A DNA stretch of 64,000 bases, taken from IMG/VR virus record IMGVR_UViG_3300044632_001278, one strand, 5' to 3'. This document shows positions 46,873 to 57,025 of this stretch, piece by piece; the first letter of the stretch is position 1; each line of letters starts with the position of its first letter. The stretch comes from a virus. The position numbers and the translations under genes were made by a program. A model generated the notes under the pieces. It was not told the origin of the DNA. It made no database searches and saw only the letters and a list, made by a program, of their open reading frames with translations.

Positions 46873-49524
46873 ATGTATCAAAATATTTTTGTTTCAAAGA
46901 AAGACAATATTGTTCATTTGTGGGATGATAAAAAGGGATATGTAACTGTTCCTTATCGTCCATACGCTTATCGCAAACGTGAAGGTGGAATGTATCGTAG
47001 TATTTATGGCGATGAATTGGAAAAAGTTTATAAATTCAATCCAAAAGATCCATCTTTATTTGAAAGCGACGTTCCAGCGGAAACTCGTATTTTAATTGAT
47101 GCTTACGAAGATAGTGACGAACCATCTGAAGGACATCGTGTTGTTTATCTGGATATTGAGGTTAGCACTGAAGGTGGATTTCCAAACGTAGACGAAGCAG
47201 ATAAAGAAATCACAGCTATTGCTATCTATGATAGTGTAACATCAAAGTATACCGCTTTCATTCTTGATAAAGAATATAAGTTAAAAGATTTCTCCAAAGA
47301 CAATGTAGAAGTGTTGAGTTTCACAGAAGAAAGTAGTTTGTTGATGCATTTTCTAACCAAGTGGGAAGAAATTCAACCAACTATTAGTACTGGATGGAAT
47401 AGTGATAACTTTGACATGCCTTACTTGTTCCGACGTATGAAAAATATTGTTGGTCCAAATAATGCAAAACGTTTGAGTCCAATTCAAGTTGCTTATGTTA
47501 ATGATTGGAATAAAAAAGTCATTGTGGCTGGCGTGACTCATTTGGATTATATGACTCTTTACAAGAAGCTCAATATCAAACAAGAAGCAAGTTATGCTCT
47601 TGGAGCTATTGGTAAAAAGATTGTGGGTATGGAAAAGATTACCTATAAGGGTAGTTTGGATGATTTATACAAAGCTGATATTCAGAAGTATATCGAATAT
47701 AATTTGAACGACGTACAAATCATTGTTGCATTGGAGAAGAAGTTACAGTTTATTGAATTGGCTAGGGCTATTTGTCATAAGGGACACGTTCCATACGAGT
47801 GGTATGAAATGAGTTCCCGATTCATTGAGGGTGCTATTCTTATGTATCTTCGTCGTAAAGGACAAGTTGCGAAAAACAAATCATTGGAAGGTCGTGATGA
47901 ATATGAGACTCAGATGGAAGACAATGAGCAAGGCTTTGAAGGTGCTTATGTTAAAGCTCCTACTCCCGGTCGTTATGATTGGGTGTTTGACTTGGACCTT
48001 ACATCAATGTATCCGAATATCATCATCAGTCTTAACTTATCACCTGAAACTAAAGTAGCGGTTATTAATAAGATCGAATATGATGATTGTTATATTGATG
48101 ATCGAACCAAGGAAATTCGTGAAGACTATGAAAACCTAAGTGATGGTGCTCAGAAGAAAACTCCATTTAATCAATATCTTGAACAACGATTATACGCATT
48201 TAATGCTCGTTTGTTTGCTCAAGACAAGATTAGCAAATATCACGTGGGATCAACTGTTTATACCAATGAAGAATTTAAACAATTGGTTACTCAAAGCAAT
48301 TTAAGTATTGCTAGTAATGGTGTATTGTGTAAAAAAGACAAGACTGGTGTTATTCCAGAAATTCTAGTAAAGTGGTTCGATGAACGTAAAGATCTTCGTA
48401 AACTAGCTAAGAAGCATGCAGATGTAAAAGAATGGGAAAAATATGAATTTTATGATGGTCGTCAAAAAGTGCAAAAAGTATTACTTAATTCAATCTATGG
48501 TGTATTGGGTCTACCGATCTTTAGATTTTATGACAAGGATAACGCGAGTGCTGTTACCATAACTGGTCAAGATATTATCAAATCTACTGGTAAAGCTATC
48601 AATGAGTGTTTCAAACGTTCATTGAATGAGAAAGATGGAGATTGGGTTATCTATACAGATACAGATAGTTGTTTTGCTAGTGCATTACCTATCATCAAAA
48701 AGAATATGCCTGACATTGATCTAAATGATGAAAAGGCAATGACTGAGGCTATTCTAAAAGTAACTGGTGATGTACAATCGTTTGTTAATAAGTTCTATGA
48801 TGTAATGGCAAAACGATACTTCAATATTGAGAAACATCGTTTTGATGCAAAACAAGAAGTTATTGCAAAGACCAGTTTCTGGTTGGCTAAGAAGAGATAT
48901 GCTCAGTTTATCATTAACAAAGCTGGTATTGAGTGTGATGAAATGGAAGTAAAGGGTATTGACGTAGTTCGTACTTCATTCCCGATTCGTTTTCGTAAGT
49001 TTATGCAAAAATTCTTGGATGATATGTTGCGTAAACTTCCAAAAGATCAGATTGATGCTAGTATTCTTGAATTCAAAGATAATATGACAAGTTATCCAGT
49101 TATTGAAATTGCTAAGAATACCAGTGTAAAGTTTAAGAGTCAAAATGGTGATAATGATTACAATCCAAAGACAAGACATCCATTTCAGTTTATGGATGGC
49201 ACTCCAGCACAAGCTAAGGCTGCTTTGGCCTACAATGATTTGTTGAAGACTTGGAAGTTGGATAAAGAGGTACCAGAGATCTTCCACGGTCAAAAGATCA
49301 AGTGGGTATATCTAAAACAAAACCAATATGGTATTGACGGTATTGCTATGAAAGCAGATGGTACTGATCCAGATCGTATTATGGAGTTTATTGAACAGTA
49401 TGTAGATAGAAATGCTATGTATGAACAAGAACTCAAAGGTAAATTATTGGACTTCTACAATGTATTAAATTGGGATTATCCTAATGAGACAGATGTTAAA
49501 TTGGGAGAATTCTTTAGTTTTTAA
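46873..49524 (+). CDS. polB: Family B DNA polymerase (T4 gp43-like)
   Basis: Exo motifs DIE, GWNSDNFD, YNLND; DLTSMYP, KVLLNSIYG, YTDTDS, KKRY, VKG. Confidence 0.95.
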   Translation: MYQNIFVSKKDNIVHLWDDKKGYVTVPYRPYAYRKREGGMYRSIYGDELEKVYKFNPKDPSLFESDVPAETRILIDAYEDSDEPSEGHRVVYLDIEVSTEGGFPNVDEADKEITAIAIYDSVTSKYTAFILDKEYKLKDFSKDNVEVLSFTEESSLLMHFLTKWEEIQPTISTGWNSDNFDMPYLFRRMKNIVGPNNAKRLSPIQVAYVNDWNKKVIVAGVTHLDYMTLYKKLNIKQEASYALGAIGKKIVGMEKITYKGSLDDLYKADIQKYIEYNLNDVQIIVALEKKLQFIELARAICHKGHVPYEWYEMSSRFIEGAILMYLRRKGQVAKNKSLEGRDEYETQMEDNEQGFEGAYVKAPTPGRYDWVFDLDLTSMYPNIIISLNLSPETKVAVINKIEYDDCYIDDRTKEIREDYENLSDGAQKKTPFNQYLEQRLYAFNARLFAQDKISKYHVGSTVYTNEEFKQLVTQSNLSIASNGVLCKKDKTGVIPEILVKWFDERKDLRKLAKKHADVKEWEKYEFYDGRQKVQKVLLNSIYGVLGLPIFRFYDKDNASAVTITGQDIIKSTGKAINECFKRSLNEKDGDWVIYTDTDSCFASALPIIKKNMPDIDLNDEKAMTEAILKVTGDVQSFVNKFYDVMAKRYFNIEKHRFDAKQEVIAKTSFWLAKKRYAQFIINKAGIECDEMEVKGIDVVRTSFPIRFRKFMQKFLDDMLRKLPKDQIDASILEFKDNMTSYPVIEIAKNTSVKFKSQNGDNDYNPKTRHPFQFMDGTPAQAKAALAYNDLLKTWKLDKEVPEIFHGQKIKWVYLKQNQYGIDGIAMKADGTDPDRIMEFIEQYVDRNAMYEQELKGKLLDFYNVLNWDYPNETDVKLGEFFSF

Positions 49525-49529
49525 AAGTT

Positions 49530-49937
49530 ATGAAAAAATATAGTGAGTTATTGACTATACCTGAAGAAGGATGTAGTTTGGAGTTTAAAACAAGTCTTAA
49601 TACTGTAATTGCAAATAAGTATGAACGTGTTGTTATTGGACAACGTGGTCCATATATTGAATTTACAACCAATCAAATACTATGCGATAAATTGTTTATT
49701 CCTAAAAATCAGTTATATAGATTAAGCGATCCAAAAGTATATTATATTGAGTTTAGAACAAACGATGATAGTAACGTAAAAGTATATTACCAAATGCGTA
49801 CAGTCGCATATGCAGATTATAAAATAGGATCATTTTATATTTCACCATCTGAATTATTCGTAAATAATATAAGATGTCTGTCTGAAAGAAATCAGTCCAA
49901 TGAAAACGTAGGGTTATTTTTCGAATTCAACAATTGA
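49530..49937 (+). CDS. Hypothetical protein
   Basis: 135-aa ORF between polB and the clamp. Confidence 0.6.
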   Translation: MKKYSELLTIPEEGCSLEFKTSLNTVIANKYERVVIGQRGPYIEFTTNQILCDKLFIPKNQLYRLSDPKVYYIEFRTNDDSNVKVYYQMRTVAYADYKIGSFYISPSELFVNNIRCLSERNQSNENVGLFFEFNN

Positions 49938-49962
49938 CAAACAAGCTGGTATCGGTTAACAT
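49934..49962 (+). promoter_or_regulatory. Sigma70-type promoter
   Basis: TTGACA-N17-TAACAT. Confidence 0.55.
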
Positions 49963-49970
49963 TATAGAGT

Positions 49971-50708
49971 ATGAAGAAACAAGTATTAAATACATTTATT
50001 GACAAATATTCACTCAACGGAACCATTGAAAGCGTAAAGTGGGTCGTTGACAACAAAAACAAGCAGATCAAAACATCATCTATCAGTGATGACAAAAACG
50101 TGGTAAGTTATGTGTCTATCAAAGACGATGCTGGTTTGTCTGAAGCTGAGATTGGTATCAATGATACTGCAAAACTCAAGAAGTTGCTTGGTGTACTTAC
50201 AGACGACGTAAACATTGCGTTTAACAAACGTGAAGAAAAGATTGTATCACTTTCTCTAACCAGTGAAAGTACCGATGTACAGTATGTTACTGCGGATCTT
50301 AGTGTTATTCCAAAGGTACCTGATCTTAAGAAGTTGCCTCCATTTAACTTGGAAATTCCACTTACAAAAGAGTTTGTAACAACATTTGTAAAAGCAAAGA
50401 GTGCTTTGAGCGATGTTGATACTATGACTTTTACAAAAGACAAGAAGGATAAAATCAAGCTAACTATTGGATACAGCAGTGTTAATAGTAATCGTATTAA
50501 TATTGATGTTAAACCAGTTGACGGAAAAGATAGTCTTGGTAAGACTATTCACTTTAGTGCTAAGTATTTAAAAGAAATTCTCACTAGTAACAGTGATTGT
50601 GAAAATGCTGTACTGAAGATTAGTGATGCTGGTATTGCACACGTTGAGTTTAACAACGAGTTGTTTAACAGTTCTTATTATCTAATTGACATCAAGAGCG
50701 TAGATTAA
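49971..50708 (+). CDS. Sliding clamp (gp45/PCNA-like)
   Basis: 245 aa; IGINDTAKLKKLL, YVTADLSVI, LKISDAGI; between polB and the clamp loader. Confidence 0.7.
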   Translation: MKKQVLNTFIDKYSLNGTIESVKWVVDNKNKQIKTSSISDDKNVVSYVSIKDDAGLSEAEIGINDTAKLKKLLGVLTDDVNIAFNKREEKIVSLSLTSESTDVQYVTADLSVIPKVPDLKKLPPFNLEIPLTKEFVTTFVKAKSALSDVDTMTFTKDKKDKIKLTIGYSSVNSNRINIDVKPVDGKDSLGKTIHFSAKYLKEILTSNSDCENAVLKISDAGIAHVEFNNELFNSSYYLIDIKSVD

Positions 50709-50716
50709 TATCTATT

Positions 50717-51673
50717 ATGAGTTTCTTTGAAGAAGAGAAGTCTGTTAATACAGAAAAACATAGTCTTTGGGCTGAAAAGTATCGTCCCAATGTACTAGAC
50801 AATTATATTTGCAATGAACAACTTAAAAGTATTCTTAAAGATTTTATTTCCAAGAAGGATATTCCACATTTGTTGTTTTATGGTAATGCCGGTACTGGCA
50901 AGACTACGGTTGCAAAGATTTTAACAAATAACATTCCTTGTGATGTGATGTATGTTAATGCATCTGATAACACTGGTGTAGATTTCGTTCGTGACAAGAT
51001 TAGACCATTTGCATCTGCTATGGGTTTCAATGATCTAAAGATTGTTATTTTGGATGAATCAGATTATATGTCTACCAATTCACAAGCGTCACTTCGTAAT
51101 TTGATGGAGACATATAGTAAGACAACTCGGTTTATTTTAACTTGTAATTATGTAGAAAAGATCATTTCTCCATTGATTAGCCGTTGTCAAGTGTTTCAGA
51201 TCGAACCTCCTGCTAAAAAGGATGTAGCTTTGTATACCAAGAACATTTTGGATAAAGAATCTATTAAGTATGAACTTGCTGATTTGAAGACTTCTGTTGA
51301 TAGTTTTTATCCAGACATTCGTAAGATTGTGAATTTTATTCAACAGAGTTCTACAAATGGAACTTTGAAGTTGATCAAAAATCAAAGTGCAAACTTTGAA
51401 CTTAAGACCAAGTTGATTGAATTACTAAAAAATAGTAAGACAAACACTAAATCTTTTAACGAAATCCGACAGTTAATTGCGGACGCTGGTACAAAATCTT
51501 TTGATGAACTTTACACAGAACTATATTCCAAAGTCAATGAATATGCAGTTGGTAAAGAAACATTAATTATTATAGAAATCGCAGAATATGTATATCAAAG
51601 TAGTATGGTTGTAGACAAAGAAATTACGTTTATGGCTTGTATTGCTAAAATTATAAAATCTTTAAATAAATAG
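50717..51673 (+). CDS. Clamp loader large subunit (gp44/RFC)
   Basis: WAEKYRP, GNAGTGKT, NASD, ILDESD, FILTCNY, SRC, PDIRK. Confidence 0.92.
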   Translation: MSFFEEEKSVNTEKHSLWAEKYRPNVLDNYICNEQLKSILKDFISKKDIPHLLFYGNAGTGKTTVAKILTNNIPCDVMYVNASDNTGVDFVRDKIRPFASAMGFNDLKIVILDESDYMSTNSQASLRNLMETYSKTTRFILTCNYVEKIISPLISRCQVFQIEPPAKKDVALYTKNILDKESIKYELADLKTSVDSFYPDIRKIVNFIQQSSTNGTLKLIKNQSANFELKTKLIELLKNSKTNTKSFNEIRQLIADAGTKSFDELYTELYSKVNEYAVGKETLIIIEIAEYVYQSSMVVDKEITFMACIAKIIKSLNK

Positions 51674-51678
51674 TTAAT

Positions 51679-54396
51679 ATGTTTAATTTCAACAACTGGG
51701 ATAACCTAAATAATGTCACTTTAGATAAATTGGCGGGATTGATTATAACAGATAAATCAGTCAATAATGTATCACCAGATGAGTTTATATATAATTATAT
51801 ATCTAATGATCAACATCTAATACTAGATTTTGGATGTGGTATTGGAAGAAACATCTTTGCAATTGCTAATAAATACCCAAACGTTAATATAATTGGTTAT
51901 GATAATAGTTCAATGATATCACGTGCGGAAGAATACTCTGTATTGCGATATAATAAAAAAGTAAAGGACTACAATAATCTAAAATTGATTTCGGATTGGA
52001 ATCAATTAAAGTCTTTAAAATTTGATTTTATATTTGCTACGTTGGTTTTTCAACATATCAACGAATTAGATTTATCATTGTATCTTAAAGATATAAAAGG
52101 TATGACCGAGAAATTGATCGTATCCGGTCGCAGATTTAATGACGAGGCAGAGAACGGCATACACAAAAACACGTGGGAAATTTTGCAAAAAAATGGTTAT
52201 ACTCCATTAAACAATAAAAGAATAGACGGTGTAAATTTTGATGTATTTGGTGATGACAATGAACATTTTTCTTGTTTGTTTTCGTTAAATGACAATATTG
52301 TTGAAACAAATGAAGAATATAATATTCTTTTAGGTAGAGGATGGCATAATATAGAAGGAGCAGATAATAATGCGTGGAGATGGTCATCAGATACATCGTT
52401 TGTAAAAATAAAAAATTCAGAATATAATTTTCTATCATTTGAATCGTGCAATTCACCATGCGATGTTACATTAAAATGTTATACCAAAAACAATCCAGAT
52501 AGTGATTTTAAACTTTATGCTACTTTAACAGCTAAAAAAGACACAAAATTATCTACTAAAATTAGTTTGGATAATGTATCCGAAATAAAGTTTGAATCTT
52601 CTGTTTTTATCCCAAGTGAAATAGATAAGAAAAGTGTTGGTCAAATAAATGAAGATAATAGAAAATTGGGTGTTAGATTGACAGGATTTACTTTGTGGAA
52701 AAATAATGATTCTAGATTTATTAAAATATCAGATGTGGCTTATTATAAAGACGATCTTTCTTATAAAAAATTATGTTATGTCGAGACTAATACAGATAAA
52801 TTTTTTTCATTTCCCCGTACAAAAAGTTCATCTAATTTAGATAACTATACAGTGTTATTAACGTGTCACGGAGACAGACTTTTGTTTGGTAAAAGATCAT
52901 ATCAATCGATTGTTGATGCTGGAATAAATAATATTGTTATTGTTATATCAGGATCCAATAAAGAATATATAAATTGGGCTAAACAACTTTCTCAAAAGCA
53001 TAAAGTTGTTGTTATTGAAAATGAAAAAAATAACAATTTGTGTTGGATAGAAGGTTTAAAGAACGTTGTTACCAATTGGGTTACTATTTTACACGACGAC
53101 GATATAGTATTACCTGAGATAAAAAATGCAGTAAATCTGTTGAATGAAAATTGTGATTTTGGAGTTTGGACTGGATCAGTGGAAAATTTTATTACAAATA
53201 AAGTGGAGTTAGAAACAACATTAGATGTACTGTTAAAAACAGGTCTATATAAAGTAGACGTTATAAAAGATTTTATTCTTCGTCAGGGATATTCTCTTTC
53301 TCCTATTCACGGGGTATTTCCTAAAGATAAATTGCTTTTGTGTTTGAATGAATGGGAACGTTTGCATGGAAATGACAGAGAGTTTTATGAAAGACCTACA
53401 TTCGTTGTTGGTAACGATTTATATATTTGGTCTACGTTTACAAATAATTCCAATGGTTTATTTTTATTCTATAAAGAAAAATGTGTAAAATGCATAAGTC
53501 ATAATACTAGTGCCACTCAAATTGATATTGTAAGAAAAAAATCTACGGAAAATTCCAGTGATTTTTTAAAAATGTATAATAAGGTAAAGACTCTTCATAT
53601 AAATAATAACCTAAAAGTGGGTATTATTTTTTATGTACACAGTATAACCGATGGAATAAAAAAATGTATAGATAACATCAATAGTTATAAATTATCTAAA
53701 CACGATATACCATTTGTTGTGTATTCGGATGAACAGTTAAATGGACTTAACTATGTTAAATTTAATAAAATGGAAGAAATGTATGCGGGTTTGTATCGAA
53801 AATGTGATAAATATGCATTTTGGGCATTTGTGGAAGGTATAAAGATTGCAAAGGAAAAAAATTGGGATTATTTTTTTTGTTACGAATGGGACTGTTTGAT
53901 ATCCAAAGACTATTGGTTTGATACATTGTGGCAAGAACATTTATCGTGGCCATACGAGCCAATTATTACAGGCACTCCTGCAATTAGAATGCCTAAGTTA
54001 GCAATTGGAAACTTTTTTCAATCGTCTCAAGATTACATATATAATTATTCCAAAGAATGTAATGTGTCAATTAATATTGATCACGCTGCTCCTATATCCA
54101 TTTACACAAACGGCGCTTTAACATTTTACAATACTCAAAAAATGTGTGAGTTCTTTAATAAAGAATTATATGGTACAATTTTAAATAAAAGTGAACACGT
54201 TGATGATGTTGGACCTTGGGACTTTGGTCTTGGTATAAGAATATATGATAAATTAAAAGATGACTCTTTTAAAAAAGTAGGATGGTTGCCTTCTTCTTAT
54301 TCAGGATGTGGAGATTTTTGTTATAATGAAAAACAAAGATTGAATATGTTAGAAACCAACTTAAAAGTTATTATGCATCAATACAAGTATGTATAA
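51679..54396 (+). CDS. Multidomain methyltransferase/glycosyltransferase fusion
   Basis: LDFGCGIGR MTase; GWHNIE..WRWS..RKLGV beta domain; ILHDDD GT-A; YEWDC second GT-A-like. Confidence 0.7.
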   Translation: MFNFNNWDNLNNVTLDKLAGLIITDKSVNNVSPDEFIYNYISNDQHLILDFGCGIGRNIFAIANKYPNVNIIGYDNSSMISRAEEYSVLRYNKKVKDYNNLKLISDWNQLKSLKFDFIFATLVFQHINELDLSLYLKDIKGMTEKLIVSGRRFNDEAENGIHKNTWEILQKNGYTPLNNKRIDGVNFDVFGDDNEHFSCLFSLNDNIVETNEEYNILLGRGWHNIEGADNNAWRWSSDTSFVKIKNSEYNFLSFESCNSPCDVTLKCYTKNNPDSDFKLYATLTAKKDTKLSTKISLDNVSEIKFESSVFIPSEIDKKSVGQINEDNRKLGVRLTGFTLWKNNDSRFIKISDVAYYKDDLSYKKLCYVETNTDKFFSFPRTKSSSNLDNYTVLLTCHGDRLLFGKRSYQSIVDAGINNIVIVISGSNKEYINWAKQLSQKHKVVVIENEKNNNLCWIEGLKNVVTNWVTILHDDDIVLPEIKNAVNLLNENCDFGVWTGSVENFITNKVELETTLDVLLKTGLYKVDVIKDFILRQGYSLSPIHGVFPKDKLLLCLNEWERLHGNDREFYERPTFVVGNDLYIWSTFTNNSNGLFLFYKEKCVKCISHNTSATQIDIVRKKSTENSSDFLKMYNKVKTLHINNNLKVGIIFYVHSITDGIKKCIDNINSYKLSKHDIPFVVYSDEQLNGLNYVKFNKMEEMYAGLYRKCDKYAFWAFVEGIKIAKEKNWDYFFCYEWDCLISKDYWFDTLWQEHLSWPYEPIITGTPAIRMPKLAIGNFFQSSQDYIYNYSKECNVSINIDHAAPISIYTNGALTFYNTQKMCEFFNKELYGTILNKSEHVDDVGPWDFGLGIRIYDKLKDDSFKKVGWLPSSYSGCGDFCYNEKQRLNMLETNLKVIMHQYKYV

Positions 54397-54399
54397 TTT

Positions 54400-55008
54400 T
54401 TATATATATAATTCCTTAAAAGGTTCGTTTTTGTTATGAGGTATATTTGAATATTTAATTGCATCAATTAAATTTTCTTCATTAATCGATTTATCTGTCA
54501 TATGTTGTAGTATAGAATGTACTTCGTCATAGGTATTATTTTTTAGATGTTCGTATATGACAATTTTACAATTTGGTATATAATTAAAAACCCATTTGTT
54601 TAAAAAATGGTTATAAAAATATTTTTTTTCTTCTATCCAATTTATATATTTTCCATAATCACTAAAGTTTTTATATGGTGATTTGACTGTATTGTTTTCA
54701 TTTGTATAGTTTTTATCTACAGACAATACTTCTAAATTGAAGAAAGAATTTAAACAATCTTCTCTATTTCTTATTTGTACCAAATACTTTCTGTCAGCTT
54801 TTATTTGCGTATTTAAATTAAAATCGTGATTTTTTTGTAAATTTGTATTTTCATTCACATCGATCATTAACTCGGGGTTATTGTACATTTCACAATAATT
54901 GAGATCTTTTTTAAAATAATACTTTAATATTCGGCTTAACCAAGTGTGACCACATCTAGGAAACGTAATGCATTCTGTAACGTATATTTCATTTACCATT
55001 CTGATCAT
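54400..55008 (-). CDS. Sulfotransferase-like P-loop protein
   Basis: TFPRCGHTWL (5'-PSB-like), KNHD, IRNREDCLNS (3'-PB-like), YEHL. Confidence 0.65.
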   Translation of the reverse strand: MIRMVNEIYVTECITFPRCGHTWLSRILKYYFKKDLNYCEMYNNPELMIDVNENTNLQKNHDFNLNTQIKADRKYLVQIRNREDCLNSFFNLEVLSVDKNYTNENNTVKSPYKNFSDYGKYINWIEEKKYFYNHFLNKWVFNYIPNCKIVIYEHLKNNTYDEVHSILQHMTDKSINEENLIDAIKYSNIPHNKNEPFKELYI

Positions 55009-55065
55009 AACACTTATATATATAATTTATAACTATAAAAGTTAGTTGATTATATTTATAAGTAT

Positions 55066-55590
55066 ATGTCTAAATTACGAGAATTAGGAGATACCGGCGA
55101 CAGAATGATGCAAGGTCTTCCATATAACCAAGGAGGATCAGTATCAGGTGCTTCTGATTTATCCGCTTTTACAAGTCCTGATGTATCTCAAGATCCCAAC
55201 CACTTTGGCACTTTAATAGACAAAAGCAAAATTACAGCTGGATCAAAAGATTCAATGGAAAAAATAGCTCCATTTGGACCTTATACTGGTCAACCACCAG
55301 AAGATTTTGTTAAAGATGTCAATCAAATCAAATATAAAGTCACCCCAGATGAAATTATCACTGGTATTGATTATGAAATGAAAAAACTGGTGTTAAAAGA
55401 TAAACAGGTAGCTAAACAAAACGTTGTTGCAAACCTTAAAAAAGACCCAAAATATTACAGTAAATTGCATATGTTGGATATAACCGATGAACCTGAACAA
55501 CCAGATTATCGCACTCCACAAGAAAAAGCTATATCTGAAATAATGAAGGATTTACACGAAAAGAAAAAACAACGTAGGAACTGGAGTTGA
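55066..55590 (+). CDS. Putative virion protein with DUF5661-like module
   Basis: GIDYEM...AKQNVVANLKKDPKYYSKL; TATTTATA at 55053. Confidence 0.6.
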   Translation: MSKLRELGDTGDRMMQGLPYNQGGSVSGASDLSAFTSPDVSQDPNHFGTLIDKSKITAGSKDSMEKIAPFGPYTGQPPEDFVKDVNQIKYKVTPDEIITGIDYEMKKLVLKDKQVAKQNVVANLKKDPKYYSKLHMLDITDEPEQPDYRTPQEKAISEIMKDLHEKKKQRRNWS

Positions 55591-55592
55591 TT

Positions 55593-55793
55593 ATGGCTAA
55601 TTTTGCTAAAGATAAACCACTGTATCGTAAGCCTGAACCTTTGCATAAAGGATGGCATTATATTGGCGATGGTAAATTCCACGATCCAAGTTTGGGAAGC
55701 GATGTAATGAGAGGTCGCAGATGGATGATAGATCCAGGTGCAGGAAGTGGTAAAAGTTTTCAAAAATTTCAACAAGGAATGAAAAATGATTAA
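55593..55793 (+). CDS. Small hypothetical protein
   Basis: 66-aa ORF packed between neighbours. Confidence 0.5.
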   Translation: MANFAKDKPLYRKPEPLHKGWHYIGDGKFHDPSLGSDVMRGRRWMIDPGAGSGKSFQKFQQGMKND

Positions 55794-57018
55794 TAATTTA
55801 TCAAAGTTACCAGGCGGAGTTGGAGATAATACTCAAACCAGCCAAGTTGATGCAAATCAACTAAGCTTAGGCGTTCAAATAGAAATGGAACACACCAATG
55901 ATCCTGATATTGCTAAGGAAATAGCAATGGATCATCTTAAAGAAGATCCAAAATATTATACTAAGTTGGTGTCAGCTGGTCTTGCAAGTGAATTTCAAGC
56001 ATCACACAATACTGGATTTGGCGACCCAAATCAAAGTTTTAATGACTCAGCAAGAATTGGAAATGGCGGTTTAAAACAAGGAAATATGCACGGAAAAGCT
56101 GGTGGTACTCCAATTGGTCAAGTAGATGGTAGAAATAGTGATCCAATTGTAAATAAAACAATTGACATTGAATTAGAAGAACAAGTGTTTAGTAGTTTGG
56201 AAGAAGCTATATTGGATGAAAAGAAAAGAAGAAAAAAAGGCGGTAAAAAGAGAAAGCCAAAACCAACAAATCCCGCCTTGTGGGCTAGAGCTAAGGCCGC
56301 TGCAAGATCCAAGTTTGATGTTTATCCAAGTGCTTATGCTAATGGATGGGCAGCTAGATGGTATAAATCCAAAGGTGGTGGTTGGAGAATGAGTGAAGCT
56401 TATCCAGCTAGAGCTATGGATGGTCCATTTCCATCACAAGTTTCTTCAGATGGTCAAGGTACATTTGGAAGTGGATATGATTTTGTAGGATATGCAGAAA
56501 ATAAACAAACAACTATGAATAAACAAGAATTAAAAGAAGCTATAAAACGAATGATTCGTGAGATTGAACAAGACGATGTAAGTGTAGATGCAGAAAAAGA
56601 AAATGTAACTATAACTCTTGATCGTGAACTTGCTCAAAAACTACACGATTTGTTGATGACTCAACTACAACCTGAACAACCAGAAGGAGACGAAGCTCAA
56701 GATCAAGCTCCAACTATGGATCAAGATCAATTGCCTCCTGAAGGATCTGCTGGTGGTGAAGCTGAAGCCGGTGAAGAACAAGATACTGTGGGTGAAATTA
56801 CATTCGAACAATCCAAAGAAATTGACGAAACCAAGAAAAAGTGGATTCAAAAAGCAATTCACCCAGGCAAAAAAGGTGCTTTGAAGAAAGCTCTTAACGT
56901 ACCAGCAGGCGAAAAGATTCCAGTCGGTAAATTAGCAGCAGCTGCTAAGAAGGGTGGAAAAATGGGTCAACGTGCTAGATTGGCAATGACACTTCGTAAG
57001 TTAAAAGAAAGTTTATAA
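55786..57018 (+). CDS. Modular putative virion protein (DUF5661-like plus small basic modules)
   Basis: GVQIEMEHTNDPDIAKEIAMDHLKEDPKYYTKL; KPTNPALW...YPSAYAN; KWIQKAI...ARLAMTL. Confidence 0.65.
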   Translation: MINNLSKLPGGVGDNTQTSQVDANQLSLGVQIEMEHTNDPDIAKEIAMDHLKEDPKYYTKLVSAGLASEFQASHNTGFGDPNQSFNDSARIGNGGLKQGNMHGKAGGTPIGQVDGRNSDPIVNKTIDIELEEQVFSSLEEAILDEKKRRKKGGKKRKPKPTNPALWARAKAAARSKFDVYPSAYANGWAARWYKSKGGGWRMSEAYPARAMDGPFPSQVSSDGQGTFGSGYDFVGYAENKQTTMNKQELKEAIKRMIREIEQDDVSVDAEKENVTITLDRELAQKLHDLLMTQLQPEQPEGDEAQDQAPTMDQDQLPPEGSAGGEAEAGEEQDTVGEITFEQSKEIDETKKKWIQKAIHPGKKGALKKALNVPAGEKIPVGKLAAAAKKGGKMGQRARLAMTLRKLKESL

Positions 57019-57025
57019 TAATTGT

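Noticed and set aside
48040-48300. Intein in PolB between motifs A and B
   Set aside because: The extra segment is short and lacks an N-terminal Cys/Ser block and a C-terminal HN; it is more likely a loop insertion.
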